The notes beneath the pieces were generated by a model. It was not told the DNA's origin and did not search any database. It saw only the letters and a list, made by a program, of their open reading frames with translations. From Octopus bimaculoides (Eukaryota), in the NCBI RefSeq assembly GCF_001194135.2, contig NC_068992.1, forward strand, positions 27,151,447 through 27,215,446: 64,000 nt of DNA, read 5' to 3'. A program made the translations under genes and the position numbers. Positions 13,850 through 25,650 of this stretch are shown one piece after another (position 1 is the stretch's first letter; the number at the start of each line of letters is the position of its first letter).

Positions 13850-14070
13850 GTTTGACTCAGGTTCGGTCTTATTCCTGGTAGGATTTATGTGGCTAGCGAG
13901 TTACTACCTCTAACCTTAAGTAGCGACAAGCTTTCAGCAGTGTTTCAAGTGCTTAAAAAACTGATAATTCTTACTGTCCCTAACAGACAAATTTTCTGAA
14001 GGAGTTCTACCGGGTATTCTATTCTAATCTCTTTCCGCTATTTGTCTATATCTTTATCTCCTTCAGCCAT
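13850..14070 (-). mobile_element. Second R4/Dong 3' end fragment with 3' UTR, abutting (AAT)n
   Basis: Minus strand reads ..DRWLKEI...IEYPVELLQKICLLGTVRII..; (ATT)n lies at ~13812-13846. Confidence 0.75.
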
Positions 14071-14085
14071 CTGTCCATTCTTGTT

Positions 14086-14120
<35 letters not shown>

Positions 14121-14130
<10 letters not shown>

Positions 14131-14665
14131 GAGTGAGAGAACAGTGTATGCCATCAAAGTGACTGTAGGGTACAAATATACGAAGCCCAATATATCCATA
14201 ATGACTACCCGTCTGATAAGGGTACATCAGGCACTTGCATCACAACGATATGTGCGCGAACATGGTGACTTCATATCAAGATAAACAGCGCATGACCTTC
14301 AAGTGGAGCTCAATTAGAATATTCTTTAGATCGAGTAGCCCATCCCGCTCAAAAGCTTCCTGACTAAGGATTGTTTAAGGGTGTTGAACGAATCGCCAAT
14401 GTTTTCAGAGGTGAATTATTCAAACCACAAAGAATTCTTCTCAACACATGGCTATGATGTTCCCCCACTATTTCTGCTCGTGATCAGAGATGCATATATC
14501 GTCAGCCACTAAGGGACATGCTCAACTGGCTACGGTCAAGTAACTGACAAGCAAATCTCTGGTACTGCGCAGAATATTTGTTGTAGCCCATCTTTTACAC
14601 CAAGACTAAACATGTACATGATAACACTTCCAATAAGTTAAGATCAGAAGCCACGAGAGCTAATA
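14121..14665 (+). repeat. Unclassified ~550-bp interspersed repeat, copy 1
   Basis: Collinear reverse complement of 22485-23038 along its whole length; both copies abut (GTT)n/(AAT)n runs. Confidence 0.85.
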
Positions 14666-14819
14666 CCTGGTATTGCATCATCTTTTCATGGTGAATAAAA
14701 TAAGTACTAAGTGAGCACAGGGGTCGATGTAATCGACTTATCCCCACCCTGGCATTGCTAATTTCGTACCAAAAATTTGAAATCATTGTTTATTTATCAC
14801 CTAGATTTCGCTTTTATAT

Positions 14820-16400
14820 AGGAGCTTTGTGTGCCACCTTGTCTCCTAAGTTTAGCCTGAAATCAATATTGCAGCTGTGTTCCGATTCGATGCTGAGTCC
14901 AGTTGAGGCCACTAAATGACCTTGTAATATGGCTGTTCTGAGTTTTTATTAGCTTAAGCTTTCTAAATAAATATTCTTATGAAACTGCTATTGCATTCAT
15001 CGTGAGAAAGGTCCAGGCGTTTTACATCGGTTTGGAGCAGTTTATCCAACTCACATGTTTAGAAAATCAGTTTAAGGTGTGGCTCATCAGTTTCTACTAT
15101 TTGTCATAGCTTTTGTGCACATTAGCTCATATGAAAGCTCTTTGTTATTTTTATTAACATTGCAAATTTCTTCAACTGCTGCTCACTTTGTTGTCAACAC
15201 TTCCTCTGATATTAATAAGTGTTGCAAAAGGAATAATAAAGTATTAGAAATTGTCTTTACAGCTTCAGCTCTTGTTAGTCTATGACAGATTTAGCAATTA
15301 TAATAAGGCAAATGTTCAAAATAATGATTCTTTGCAAGTGTCAGGATTCTTTGTTTGATATTCTCTTGATTTTGTTTTCACCAAAGCACCAATTGGCAGA
15401 TAAATTCAATTAGAAGATAATTAATAACATGATTTGATTCTCTCAGCTGAGCATCAAACTAATAATACAGTTTCTGCAGATTTGTTTTATCAACAGTGAC
15501 AACTTTTGCTTGTATTATCATTTTTCAAAGGAGAAGAGTGTTGAACCAGGTAGATATCAAGGGTATGCACCTGAGAGAGGATATTTATTGAATAGCTCTT
15601 GGTAATTCAATTCTGGTCTTTGGCGTCAGATGTAATTTAAGAACATCATCCAGGGCCAATACGATACCAATGAAATTTTAAGCAAATGATTTCAAACTAT
15701 CGCTACACTGGATGCAATGATTGAAAGCACGTGTGTATGTCAGAAGAATTTATCATCTTTTTGGAAAATATCTCAAAATATAAACGTTTTGAATATTTTT
15801 GAAAATGGTTAATACTTCACCAGAGCACTCTACTGAATCCGTCTCACGGTGAGAAAATAAACAGATTTTCATTAAGTAATATCCTTTTCACTCCCATATC
15901 TTTTATTGCCATGTTGATACTACTGCTATATACTAGACAAAAAAAGATTCCAATTCAATGCAATTTTACTCGCTTTTTCCTTTATCAGGTTTCCAATCTC
16001 AAAACTTGTTTTATGCAATATTCTTCAAACGACAGAAATCACTCTTGGTTATGAAACTCACAATCTATTTTTCGAAGGTAACACATGGTAAGTGATGTCT
16101 GTGCGACATGTGAGGATGATTCAGGTGTTGCATACACAAATGTTGAATAGTGGTTTGCTTTTATCTTTCAGAATAGATGTTTCAAAACGAGATTGGAGCA
16201 AACAGAAGTAAATTTATTTTGCGATTCAACTGACAATAATGTTGCTTACATATTTTCTCTTTTCTGCTGAATTTCTTTGATCTTACTGACATGGATTTCT
16301 AGTACAGGGTTCCAAAGAGACAAAAGTTCAACCAGCCGAAGGAAGTTACTGTTGTGAGCATTTTCAATCAGATGAGAACTACCATAGAAATCCAACCAAA
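14820..16400 (-). mobile_element. Decayed hAT transposase (ZMYM1-like hAT family)
   Basis: Minus-strand fragments appear in the correct order: NSNFLRLVELLSLWNPVLEIHV, then YSTFVYATPESSHV (DATPD.SH motif), then FLTMNAIAVS*EYLFRKLKLIKT (ERSFSKLKLIK dimerisation motif). Many stops and frameshifts. Confidence 0.8.
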
Positions 16401-16539
16401 ATTTAACCAAAAATAAAATAAAATCAGTTAAATCGTGTAAAATATTACTCCATTTAGCTTTTCTTTACTACAATTTTGTTTTTCTAGAAAATTCCATGCT
16501 CAATTTGTATGAATATGTTGGCTTTCTTGAGTGGGAGTA

Positions 16540-17150
16540 GTTCTCTTCTTCACACATCGTCATTGCTATGTATCGTATGCCTGCAGCGCATTGATAACAC
16601 TGCAACCAAAGTCTTCTCCGTTAAGCGGGAGTTCTCCAACTGCCTTGCCACTCTTGTCCAACCAGCTCTTGATATTGCTCATCCACAGCGTTTTTTGCTT
16701 GCCTCTTGATCTACTACCCTCTCCCCTTCCTTCCATGAAATGCTTCCCAAACCTTTGCTTCTTCGAACATGGCTATAATAGATGATCTTTTGTTGCTTCA
16801 TAATGTTCAGGAGTTATCGTTTTTCACCTACTTGTTGTCCGATGACCCTTGTAAAAGATTTATAGCATTCTCCAATACACTTACATTTCAAACTCATTGA
16901 TTATGCTCTCTTCAAATTTGTTCAGAGTCCATACTTCACAACTATAAATACCTATTGGTCATATGAGCACTCGCTCAAACTTTGTTTTTAACTTAGTTAG
17001 GTCACTTTTGCTGGTCCACATGTTATTAAGCTTTTCCCTGAGCGTTCTAGCCATGGCTAGCCGTGTCCTAATTTCTTTCTTACATGTAGCTTCATCAGAG
17101 ATTTAGGCCCCTTTATAGATATTTCAATTTATGTTGTTTATTACATATTC
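16540..17150 (-). mobile_element. RTE-clade LINE, 3' part of RT/ORF
   Basis: Minus strand gives FKYL..LISDEATCKKEIRTRLAMAR...YSCEVWTL...EFEM..YWRML...MEGRGEGSRSRGKQKTLWMSNIK. Confidence 0.85.
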
Positions 17151-17475
17151 AGGTTCAGAAATTCCGTCACGATTTCTCTAATTTTCTGTTGTTGGCCATT
17201 ATTTCTCCGTTGGTAAAGCTGATGAATTAAATCCACCTTTTCCAGAGAGTTAAAAGGATAAAAGCAGAATGGATTTATTCTTGATACTCTACAGCGATTA
17301 TTGTGAGTCCTGTGTTTAAGGCAGATAAAAATAATTGTTACTCATTGACATTAGGAAATGTTTTGGGCAACGAAATATATCCTTCCGCCCTCATTTTTCA
17401 ATGCTTTCTGTACTTAACAATATTAAATTGATGTTATCTCTCCTAACTTTATTTGAAGTTATTGTAAGTCATTGT

Positions 17476-17594
<119 letters not shown>

Positions 17595-17649
17595 CGCGCA
17601 ACCAAAAGAGAGAAATAAATGAGTGTGTGTGTGTCTTGGTATATAATAA

Positions 17650-17765
17650 GGGTTTCAAATTTTGCCACTAGAACAGCTATTTTGGAGGAGAAATAAGTCG
17701 ATTACATCGACTCCAAAAAGAATAAAAGGCAAAGTTGACCTCAGTGGAATTTGAACTCAGATGCA
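17650..17765 (+). mobile_element. SINE-like repeat family B fragment
   Basis: AAGTCGATTACATCGAC...GGCAAAGTTGACCTCAGTGGAATTTGAACTCAG is shared with the 34250-35655 copies. Confidence 0.75.
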
Positions 17766-19112
17766 TTATTTGTGAGTCACAGATCCCTCGTAGGCCCCTC
17801 GCCGCTGCTGCATCTTTTTCAATAGCTACAGAGCCTTGTAATCTTGAATTAATTAATCTAATATTGCCCAATCTCGCTCGATGTGGTAAGAAAAAAAGCA
17901 AGAAAGGATGATTCAAAGGATATTCTAATATTGTTTAAGGTTCAAGGTGGTTTTTGTTCGGGGTCACCTACAGTGCACTCAGCACCACAGGGTCTGCCTG
18001 TCTTATATCGATGTTGTCAGCCATGTCCGCTCTCATGAGAAACAATGTTCTGGGGGCGAAGGAGGATGAATGTCTTGGATCGATACTGTCAAAGACTTTG
18101 ATGTTCCGTCATAAGCAAGTAAACTAAGCACTCGAAAATTTATTTATTGATTTCTAACATAGGAAAAAAACCTTAAATCTTGAACAGGAGTAAAGTCGAA
18201 ATTTTCATTTCAGTGCCAAACTAATTTTATTGAGTGCAGAATAATGAAAATTAAAGTCGATATTAGCGAGATTTTTCTTCTCTGAACGTGAAGACGTGTG
18301 AATAAATACGCAAAGCGATCAGTCCAACGCTCTAGTGGTTATTTGAATCCACCGCACTTCTAATAGTTAATTATTTAATCAAATATGACGCTAAGTGGTT
18401 GGAGATCATGTCAGACAAAATATTGCTTTGAATAATATACACTTTTTTTTTTAAATTTAAGTTGATATTTTCAATTTAATATCACAATATCACTGACACA
18501 AAAGTTTTTACTTTATAGTAACAAGAATGCTTTTACCAGCCATAATCGCAGCTTTTGTTTTGGAAATATGTGGAATAATGTATGTTAAAATGTGTGAAAC
18601 TATCATTTAGAGCATATAACCAAAAGAGATAGGAAATATAGAGATAAATACACTTTATAACTCCTTTTCAATGTTTATATCCAGAGGCTAGGTTTTCGCA
18701 ATTACAATTCTGTCTTCGTGTATTACATTCCCAGCATGATTTGAAATTAATTTATGACTCTACTTTATCCCCCAGGATTAGATACCATAAGATCACTAGT
18801 TGTTATGCATAACAATTTATTGTCCTAATTTAATTTCCTCCATTTTTCAAATATTTCTCAGAGAGAGGTTAAGTGTTTTAAAACATACTGCCGAAAGATA
18901 ATGGTTTCAAGCTAGAACACTCCGTGAAGCCTCTTACAAGAAATTAAAGTTATCTTTAAAAATTTCATTACATATACACAGCATAAATTATATGAATATA
19001 TAATCATGTAAATATGTGTGCTTATGTGTGTAAAGAGAGAGAGTCGAGATATATAGATAGATAGAGAGAGAGATAGAGAGAGAGAGATAGGTAAGTAGAA
19101 AGATAGATAGAT

Positions 19113-19145
<33 letters not shown>

Positions 19146-19170
19146 GAGAGACAGACAGAGAGAGAGAGAC

Positions 19171-19210
<40 letters not shown>

Positions 19211-19211
<1 letters not shown>

Positions 19212-20452
19212 TTTCTTTATTAGCCACACAGGGCTCAACATAGAGGGGACAAAATACAAATGTAGAGTTTTTCTTTTCGAGGGGGGCGAAAACAAAGCAG
19301 AAAAAAAAACAAAAGTGGGGACAACGATGAAAAAAAATACAACGCAAAACGTTTGGGGTATTTACACAAAATACGAAATAATACAGAAAATTCCCAATAA
19401 ATGGGGAGGTTATCCGTGGAAAGAAAAACCTACGANNNNNNNNNNNNNNNNNNNNNNNNNNNNNNNNNNNNNNNNNNNNNNNNNNNNNNNNNNNNNNNNN
19501 NNNNNNNNNNNNNNNNNNNNNNNNNNNNNNNNNNNNNNNNNNNNNNNNNNNNNNNNNNNNNNNNNNNNNNNNNNNNNNNNNNNNNNNNNNNNNNNNNNNN
19601 NNNNNNNNNNNNNNNNNNNNNNNNNNNNNNNNNNNNNNNNNNNNNNNNNNNNNNNNNNNNNNNNNNNNNNNNNNNNNNNNNNNNNNNNNNNNNNNNNNNN
19701 NNNNNNNNNNNNNNNNNNNNNNNNNNNNNNNNNNNNNNNNNNNNNNNNNNNNNNNNNNNNNNNNNNNNNNNNNNNNNNNNNNNNNNNNNNNNNNNNNNNN
19801 NNNNNNNNNNNNNNNNNNNNNNNNNNNNNNNNNNNNNNNNNNNNNNNNNNNNNNNNNNNNNNNNNNNNNNNNNNNNNNNNNNNNNNNNNNNNNNNNNNNN
19901 NNNNNNNNNNNNNNNNNNNNNNNNNNNNNNNNNNNNNNNNNNNNNNNNNNNNNNNNNNNNNNNNNNNNNNNNNNNNNNNNNNNNNNNNNNNNNNNNNNNN
20001 NNNNNNNNNNNNNNNNNNNNNNNNNNNNNNNNNNNNNNNNNNNNNNNNNNNNNNNNNNNNNNNNNNNNNNNNNNNNNNNNNNNNNNNNNNNNNNNNNNNN
20101 NNNNNNNNNNNNNNNNNNNNNNNNNNNNNNNNNNNNNNNNNNNNNNNNNNNNNNNNNNNNNNNNNNNNNNNNNNNNNNNNNNNNNNNNNNNNNNNNNNNN
20201 NNNNNNNNNNNNNNNNNNNNNNNNNNNNNNNNNNNNNNNNNNNNNNNNNNNNNNNNNNNNNNNNNNNNNNNNNNNNNNNNNNNNNNNNNNNNNNNNNNNN
20301 NNNNNNNNNNNNNNNNNNNNNNNNNNNNNNNNNNNNNNNNNNNNNNNNNNNNNNGGTCATGGAGACGAGCTGCGGGAAAGCGCGTCGCACAAACGGCGAC
20401 CACACCTGCTCACCGTCGTCTACGTAGAGCCGGAGATGTCGCAGTCTCAGCG

Positions 20453-20453
<1 letters not shown>
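19211..20453 (-). mobile_element. 5'-truncated Tx1/L1-clade retrotransposon spanning an assembly gap
   Basis: Right of the gap, the minus strand reads [33 protein letters not shown] (Tx1-like ORF2 C-terminal region). Left of the gap is a T-rich 3' UTR ending in AATAAA-GAAAC, next to (GA)n. The gap is 19436-20355. Confidence 0.7.
19436..20355. other. Assembly gap (N run)
   Basis: N run. Confidence 1.
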
Positions 20454-20523
<70 letters not shown>

Positions 20524-20532
20524 AAGGTAAGT

Positions 20533-20599
<67 letters not shown>

Positions 20600-22155
20600 C
20601 TTGTTAGTACATACAGATAAATATACATAAATACAATTATTTATGTACGCTGACACATATAGAAGTGCTTTTAACACGTACGTTTATAATTGCATATATG
20701 TCACAAGGTTTTTTATTGTAGATCTATACCTTTACACATCTACATTTCTGCATATTTGCCTTTATTTTTGCATATTTGTTTATTAATTTGTTTGCCGTGT
20801 ATCTGCCTGATTATTCATGTTACTGTATGAATGTTTGCACTTGTCACTATCCTGCCAAGCGTAACTCATAAACATTTTAAACCTGTTTTTTTTTTTTTTC
20901 TCTTTTGTTTTTAGGTTGGCTTTTTTTTTTTTGCTTCTTTTGTACTTTTTTACTGGTTAAACATAATCCATCATTTGAAAAACAACTTCATGAAATTTTA
21001 GAAATTGATATAACAAAAATATATAAGCAAACGATACCTCCATCCCTAACTCCACTCCACCTCCCCCACTGAATAATTCATGCAGCAAAATATTTATATG
21101 TTCGCACGCGCGCGCGCGCGCGTGTGTGAGTGTGAATGTGTGTGAATATGTGCGTATGTGTGTGTGCGCGTGCGTACATATGTATCCTACTCAGTACACA
21201 TGGTGGCCTTCATTTTACGAAAAGGAAGAAAATAACCAGCACATTTCGTTACATACAAACGTTATTATACGGTTTAAATTACAATTCCTTCAGTCCTAAC
21301 ACGTTTTACTTTACCGAGATCTACTCACAATTCCCTGACAATGACAGAATACTCTGTCAAAAATTCAGAAGGCGTAAACTTAAATGACATGTAAGATTAT
21401 TAATTCATTTATTTTTTATATTCATTTCTTTTTCATTTTCTCCGTTCTAGGATCATTATTGAATATTAAAGAACCAATATATGGAAGAAACGGAAGAAGT
21501 TTCTGCAGTGATTTAATTAGAAAAGGAAATGTAAATAAATAAAGATAGACAGAAATACATCTGCCTTCATATGTATGTACTGTTAAGTAGATTTAGTTGA
21601 CATATCTCACTTACAAAAGTTTACTTTATGTTTTGGCGAATAGAGAAAAAAAAAACATGACGTCTAGATGTAGTCAAAGGAAAACAGCAGCGAAAGAATA
21701 ACATATGCGAGGTGATAGAATGTAAGACAAATGAATCCAAAGAGTCAGTCTTCGGTACGATGGTAGTAAATTTATTAAAAGGCTTCGGGTTTTCAGAATC
21801 TTTTGTGAGCGCAACCCCTTTCTCCAAACTAAACAGTAAAATCACCGATAATCTGTCAACTAAGGTTTTATTAGTCCCTCTATTGGAGATTATTTCATTA
21901 TGAGCATAACATTAAACTGCATCTAGTAGGGAGGCTCCAATTAGGGAATGTGGATTCACCCTCTAATAACCATTAGTCCCAGGTCCGTTCTGATCTGGAA
22001 CACTAATATCTGTCAGGATCCTAACTATGGGTTAAATATACTTCCCAGGCGTAGAGGAGACTCCTATTATTTCTGAAAAAAGCCGTGGGAAATTAAGCTC
22101 TTCTAAGAGAAATATACTCTGACATAAAACTTGCAATCAAAACAGTACCAGTCAT

Positions 22156-22346
22156 TCAGTTCTATATTTAAGACATGAGGAATTATGTATATTATTTACA
22201 TTATTTACATTACTTACGTTTAACGGATATTTGTCCTCATCTTGTTTGTTGTTAACACAACGTTTCGGCTGATATACCCCCCAGCCTTCATCAGGTGTCT
22301 TGGGGGAAATTTCGAACCTGGGTTCTCATTCCTAAGGTATTTTCGC

Positions 22347-22382
<36 letters not shown>

Positions 22383-22476
22383 TATTATTATTATCATTAT
22401 TCAGGTCACTGCCTGGAATCGAAATCGGAATCATAGGGTTAGTAGCCCGTGCTCTTAACCACTACGCCAAATGCCC
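22156..22476 (-). mobile_element. Penelope terminal-repeat (pLTR) unit: tRNA-like head, (AAT)n, HHR, AT-rich tail
   Basis: Same sequence as the segment directly downstream of the GIY-YIG stop codon at 55860-56165. A box TGGCGTAGTGG and B-box-like TTCGATTCC are present. Confidence 0.85.
22254..22299 (-). ncRNA. Minimal type I hammerhead ribozyme (intact core)
   Basis: Minus strand: GACAC-CUGAUGA-A-GGCUG(loop)CAGCC-GAAA-CG-UU-GUGUU. Stem I is GACAC/GUGUU, stem III is the palindromic ACGU, and the cleavage triplet is GUU. Confidence 0.8.
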
Positions 22477-22484
22477 GTAGGCAC

Positions 22485-23037
22485 CGGATGCAGTGCCCGG
22501 CAATGGCTCTCATGGCTTCACATCTTAACTGATTGGAAGTGTTATCATGTACATTGTTTTGTCTTGGTATAAAAAGATGGGCTACAGCAAATATTCTGCT
22601 CAATACCACAGATTTGCTTGTCAGTTGCTTGACCTTAACCAGTTGAGCATGTCCCTTGGTGACTGATGATATGTGCATCTCTCATCAGGAGCAGGAGTAG
22701 TGGGAGAGCATCATAGCCATGTGCTGAGAGGAATTCTTTGGTGTTTGAATAATTCACCTTTGTAAACATGGGTGTTTTGCTCAACATTCTTAAACAGCCC
22801 TTTATTCAGGGACCTTTTGAGCGGGATGGGCTACTCGACCTGATGAAAATTCTAACTGGGCTCCACCTGCGAGGTCATGCGCTGTTTATCTTGATATGAG
22901 ATCACCATGTCGTGCACATGTGGTTGTGATGCATGTGCCTGGTGTACCCTTATCAGACGGGTAGTCATGATGGGTGTACTGGGCTTCGTATATTTTTCCC
23001 CAGTGTCACTTTGATGGCATGCACTGCTCTCTCGCTC

Positions 23038-23038
<1 letters not shown>
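22485..23038 (-). repeat. Unclassified ~550-bp interspersed repeat, copy 2
   Basis: Reverse complement of 14121-14665. Confidence 0.85.
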
Positions 23039-23069
<31 letters not shown>

Positions 23070-23269
23070 TAATAATAATAATAACAATATTAATAATAAT
23101 AATAATGACAACATCGAAAAATACCTAAGGGATGAGAACCCAGATTCGAAATTTCCCCAAGACACCTGATGAAGGCTGTGGGGTATATCAGCCGAAACGT
23201 TGTGTCAACAACAAACAAGATGAGGACAAATATCCGTTAAATGTAAATAATCTAAATAATGTATATAAG
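23039..23269 (+). mobile_element. Penelope pLTR unit, 3' half: (AAT)n, HHR, tail
   Basis: AACATCGAAAAATACC..GAGAACCCAG.TTCGAAATTTCCCCAAGACACCTGATGAAGGCTG...GATGAGGACAAATATCC matches the other pLTR copies. Confidence 0.85.
23161..23206 (+). ncRNA. Minimal type I hammerhead ribozyme (intact core)
   Basis: GACAC(23161-65) CTGATGA(66-72) A GGCTG(74-78) loop CAGCC(89-93) GAAA(94-97) CGTT(98-201) GTGTC(202-206); stem I is a perfect 5 bp. Confidence 0.85.
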
Positions 23270-25050
23270 AGTACCAGTCATCTTGCAATGCTTGTCACTG
23301 GATCCTACTATGACAACTGAGAGAGTGGCAAAAGTGTTGTGAAAGTTTTTGTCATTTAAATCCAATGGTGTACGGATGTCTCACTATCCATTTCATCCCT
23401 TGAAAATGTGTCAAGGCCAACAGGAAACGGTGTTTCCTAGGGCTAAATAGCAGTAGCATTTTTTCCCTTTCATGAGACTGTCACTTTAAGTTGACAACAC
23501 ACCATCACTTTATTGTGCTGCTACTGTTTAAATCTCTCTGAGATATTTAGAAATGTATTATTTCTATCCCATGGTTTGTTTTGTATTTTATAAAGTTCTG
23601 TGGAAATTGATGCGTGGAGAGGCAGCGCCACATGATTGCCTTTGTCACTGACAAGCGAGAAAAGTTATATTTGCGCACATGCTAGGATGAAAATAAAACG
23701 GAACGATGGGATCTAATGGGAAACTGGTATCGTGTGACAAGATGAGGCAATCATATTCTCCGTTTTTTTTCTCTGTCCTTGTTTTCGTATACATTCGCTG
23801 CTTTCTTCCAAGGAATCTAATGCTCTTAGCTTGGTTTTTCCTGGCTAGATTGGAGCAATCTCGAGTATAACCAGCTGAAATTCTGGGCTAGTGGAGTACA
23901 TTAACTGGTAATATGCTATACGATTTCACCATTTGGTTCACAAATTCTGCACTTATAACTTTCTGTTGTGTTGTCTATTCTGCATTTGATTTAATTCGTT
24001 CTTAATGCTTGTCCTTGGGTAGCACAGATTAGAACCTCTGTTTCCGGTTTTAAATCACCTTTAGTCATCCATAGCCATCTGTTTTCTCTGCCTGTCTTAT
24101 CTTCAACATCCCTATGAAATTGACCATTCTTTTTTCTTTATCCACTTCAAGTATTTGTACAGTGCTTTATCTTTACTTACAATCTTCCATCCTACACAAG
24201 CCTTACCTTCTTACTTCCAATAATAGTGGTTCTGTAGCATTTTTTACATACCATGCTATGTTGTTTTCTTCTGCTCTAATGCTGTATTCGCATCCAATCA
24301 GTCCTCTTCCCATCTTTTTCTTGCTACATACAATCTGTCTGTGTCACTTTTTGGGTGGAGCATCCCATACCTAGTCAGCAAATTCCTTGTCTTTCTTTCT
24401 AAGCTATTTAGTTCGTCTGCTGTCCATGCGATTGCCCTTGCTCCATATCTAAGGAGTGAAACCACTCAGGTGTTGATAGCCTCCATCTTATTCCGTCCGT
24501 TTAATTTCGACTTAAGTAGCTGTCTCAGTTTGCGCAAGTATTCCACTTTAAATTTTTCCGTCATTTCTTGTTCCATCAATTTATCCATTTATCCAATATC
24601 CCCAAGTACTTATAGCCCGCCTCTTCTATCTGCTTCATAACCTCTCCCAACGGTATCTCTTGTCCGTCCATATATTTAATTTTTGCCTCTCTTCAAGACT
24701 AACACTCCACACTTTTTCAGTCCGAACTCCATTCTGATATCAGCACTGAAAGTATACACCGTATCAACGAGGGAACAGACTTGGGATTCATCTTTACCAT
24801 AAGGTTTGAGGTCATCCTTGAATAACAAGTGGTTCACATTTTGTTGGCGACTTTTGAATACATACCTAGCTTTTGCTTTCCTCAGAATCAGTGTTAGTAG
24901 TATCATGCACAGTACAAAGATCAGTGGAGGACGGCAATCCCCTTGGAAGATGCCTCTCCTGATCACTATTGTCCTTCTTCCATATGCTGTCAGTTCCGTC
25001 CTCCACTACCTTTTTCAAGCAATCGCTCAACATTCGATGCAATACCAAAT

Positions 25051-25500
25051 TGGAATCGAACTCGGAATCTTGGGGTTTGTAGCCCGCGCTCTTAACCACT
25101 ACGCCATATGCCCGTGGGCAATTATGGAGTGAATTTTTAAGGCTTATAAATTTAATCCCTTTCTATCCTTCCTTATTACTGGTTCCCATATGCTATTAAT
25201 ATCTGCACTCGGTCTGCTTAGGAGGTCGTTGTGTCCTAGTATATGTGCTGCTGCTTTTAGTTTCGTATTTTCCAGTGGTGTTCTCTGTCTATTATTTTAA
25301 CTTCATCACACAGAGGGAGGTGGTCTCCATTTTTCCATACATGATCAGCTATACCTGATTTATAAATATCTCCTCGTATCATAGCTTTGCGATGTTCGTT
25401 TACCCTTATTTTGAGGGGGTGACATGTTTCACCTTTGTATAACCTACCACAGCTGCATAGGATGGAGTACACGCAGTCTTTGGTCATATTCACTTCTATT
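25051..25500 (-). mobile_element. Penelope-like element 3' end: GIY-YIG endonuclease followed by tRNA-like head
   Basis: ORF 25257-25493 reads CVYSILCSCGRLYKGET...RVNEHRK...SGIADHVW...EVKIIDREHHW, continued by LK.AAH..G.NDLLSRP to a stop near 25144. The tRNA-like segment is at 25051-25113. Confidence 0.9.
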
Positions 25501-25529
25501 GGTGGTTTTACTCAAAGGAGATATTTGCG

Positions 25530-25650
25530 AAGTTTCCCCAAGACACCTGAAGAAGGCCGGAGAGTATATCAACCGAAACGTTGTGTTAACAACAAGATGA
25601 GGACAAATATCTGTCGAATGTAAACAATATAAATAATGTAAATAATGTGA
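25530..25650 (+). mobile_element. Inverted pLTR fragment with weakened HHR at the 5' side of the Penelope fragment
   Basis: GACAC CTGAAGA A GGCCG..CAACC GAAA CGTT GTGTT at 25542-25587; stem II has mismatches. Confidence 0.75.

Noticed and set aside
21316-21530. Strong donor (AT|GTAAGA, 21391) and acceptor (…TTCTAG|, 21450) around a 60-bp putative intron
   Set aside because: The spliced product hits a stop within a few codons, and no homology was recognised.
22828-22870. CCTGATGAAAATT inside the 550-bp repeat
   Set aside because: No stem II/GAAA arrangement follows, and the motif is not conserved in the other copy.
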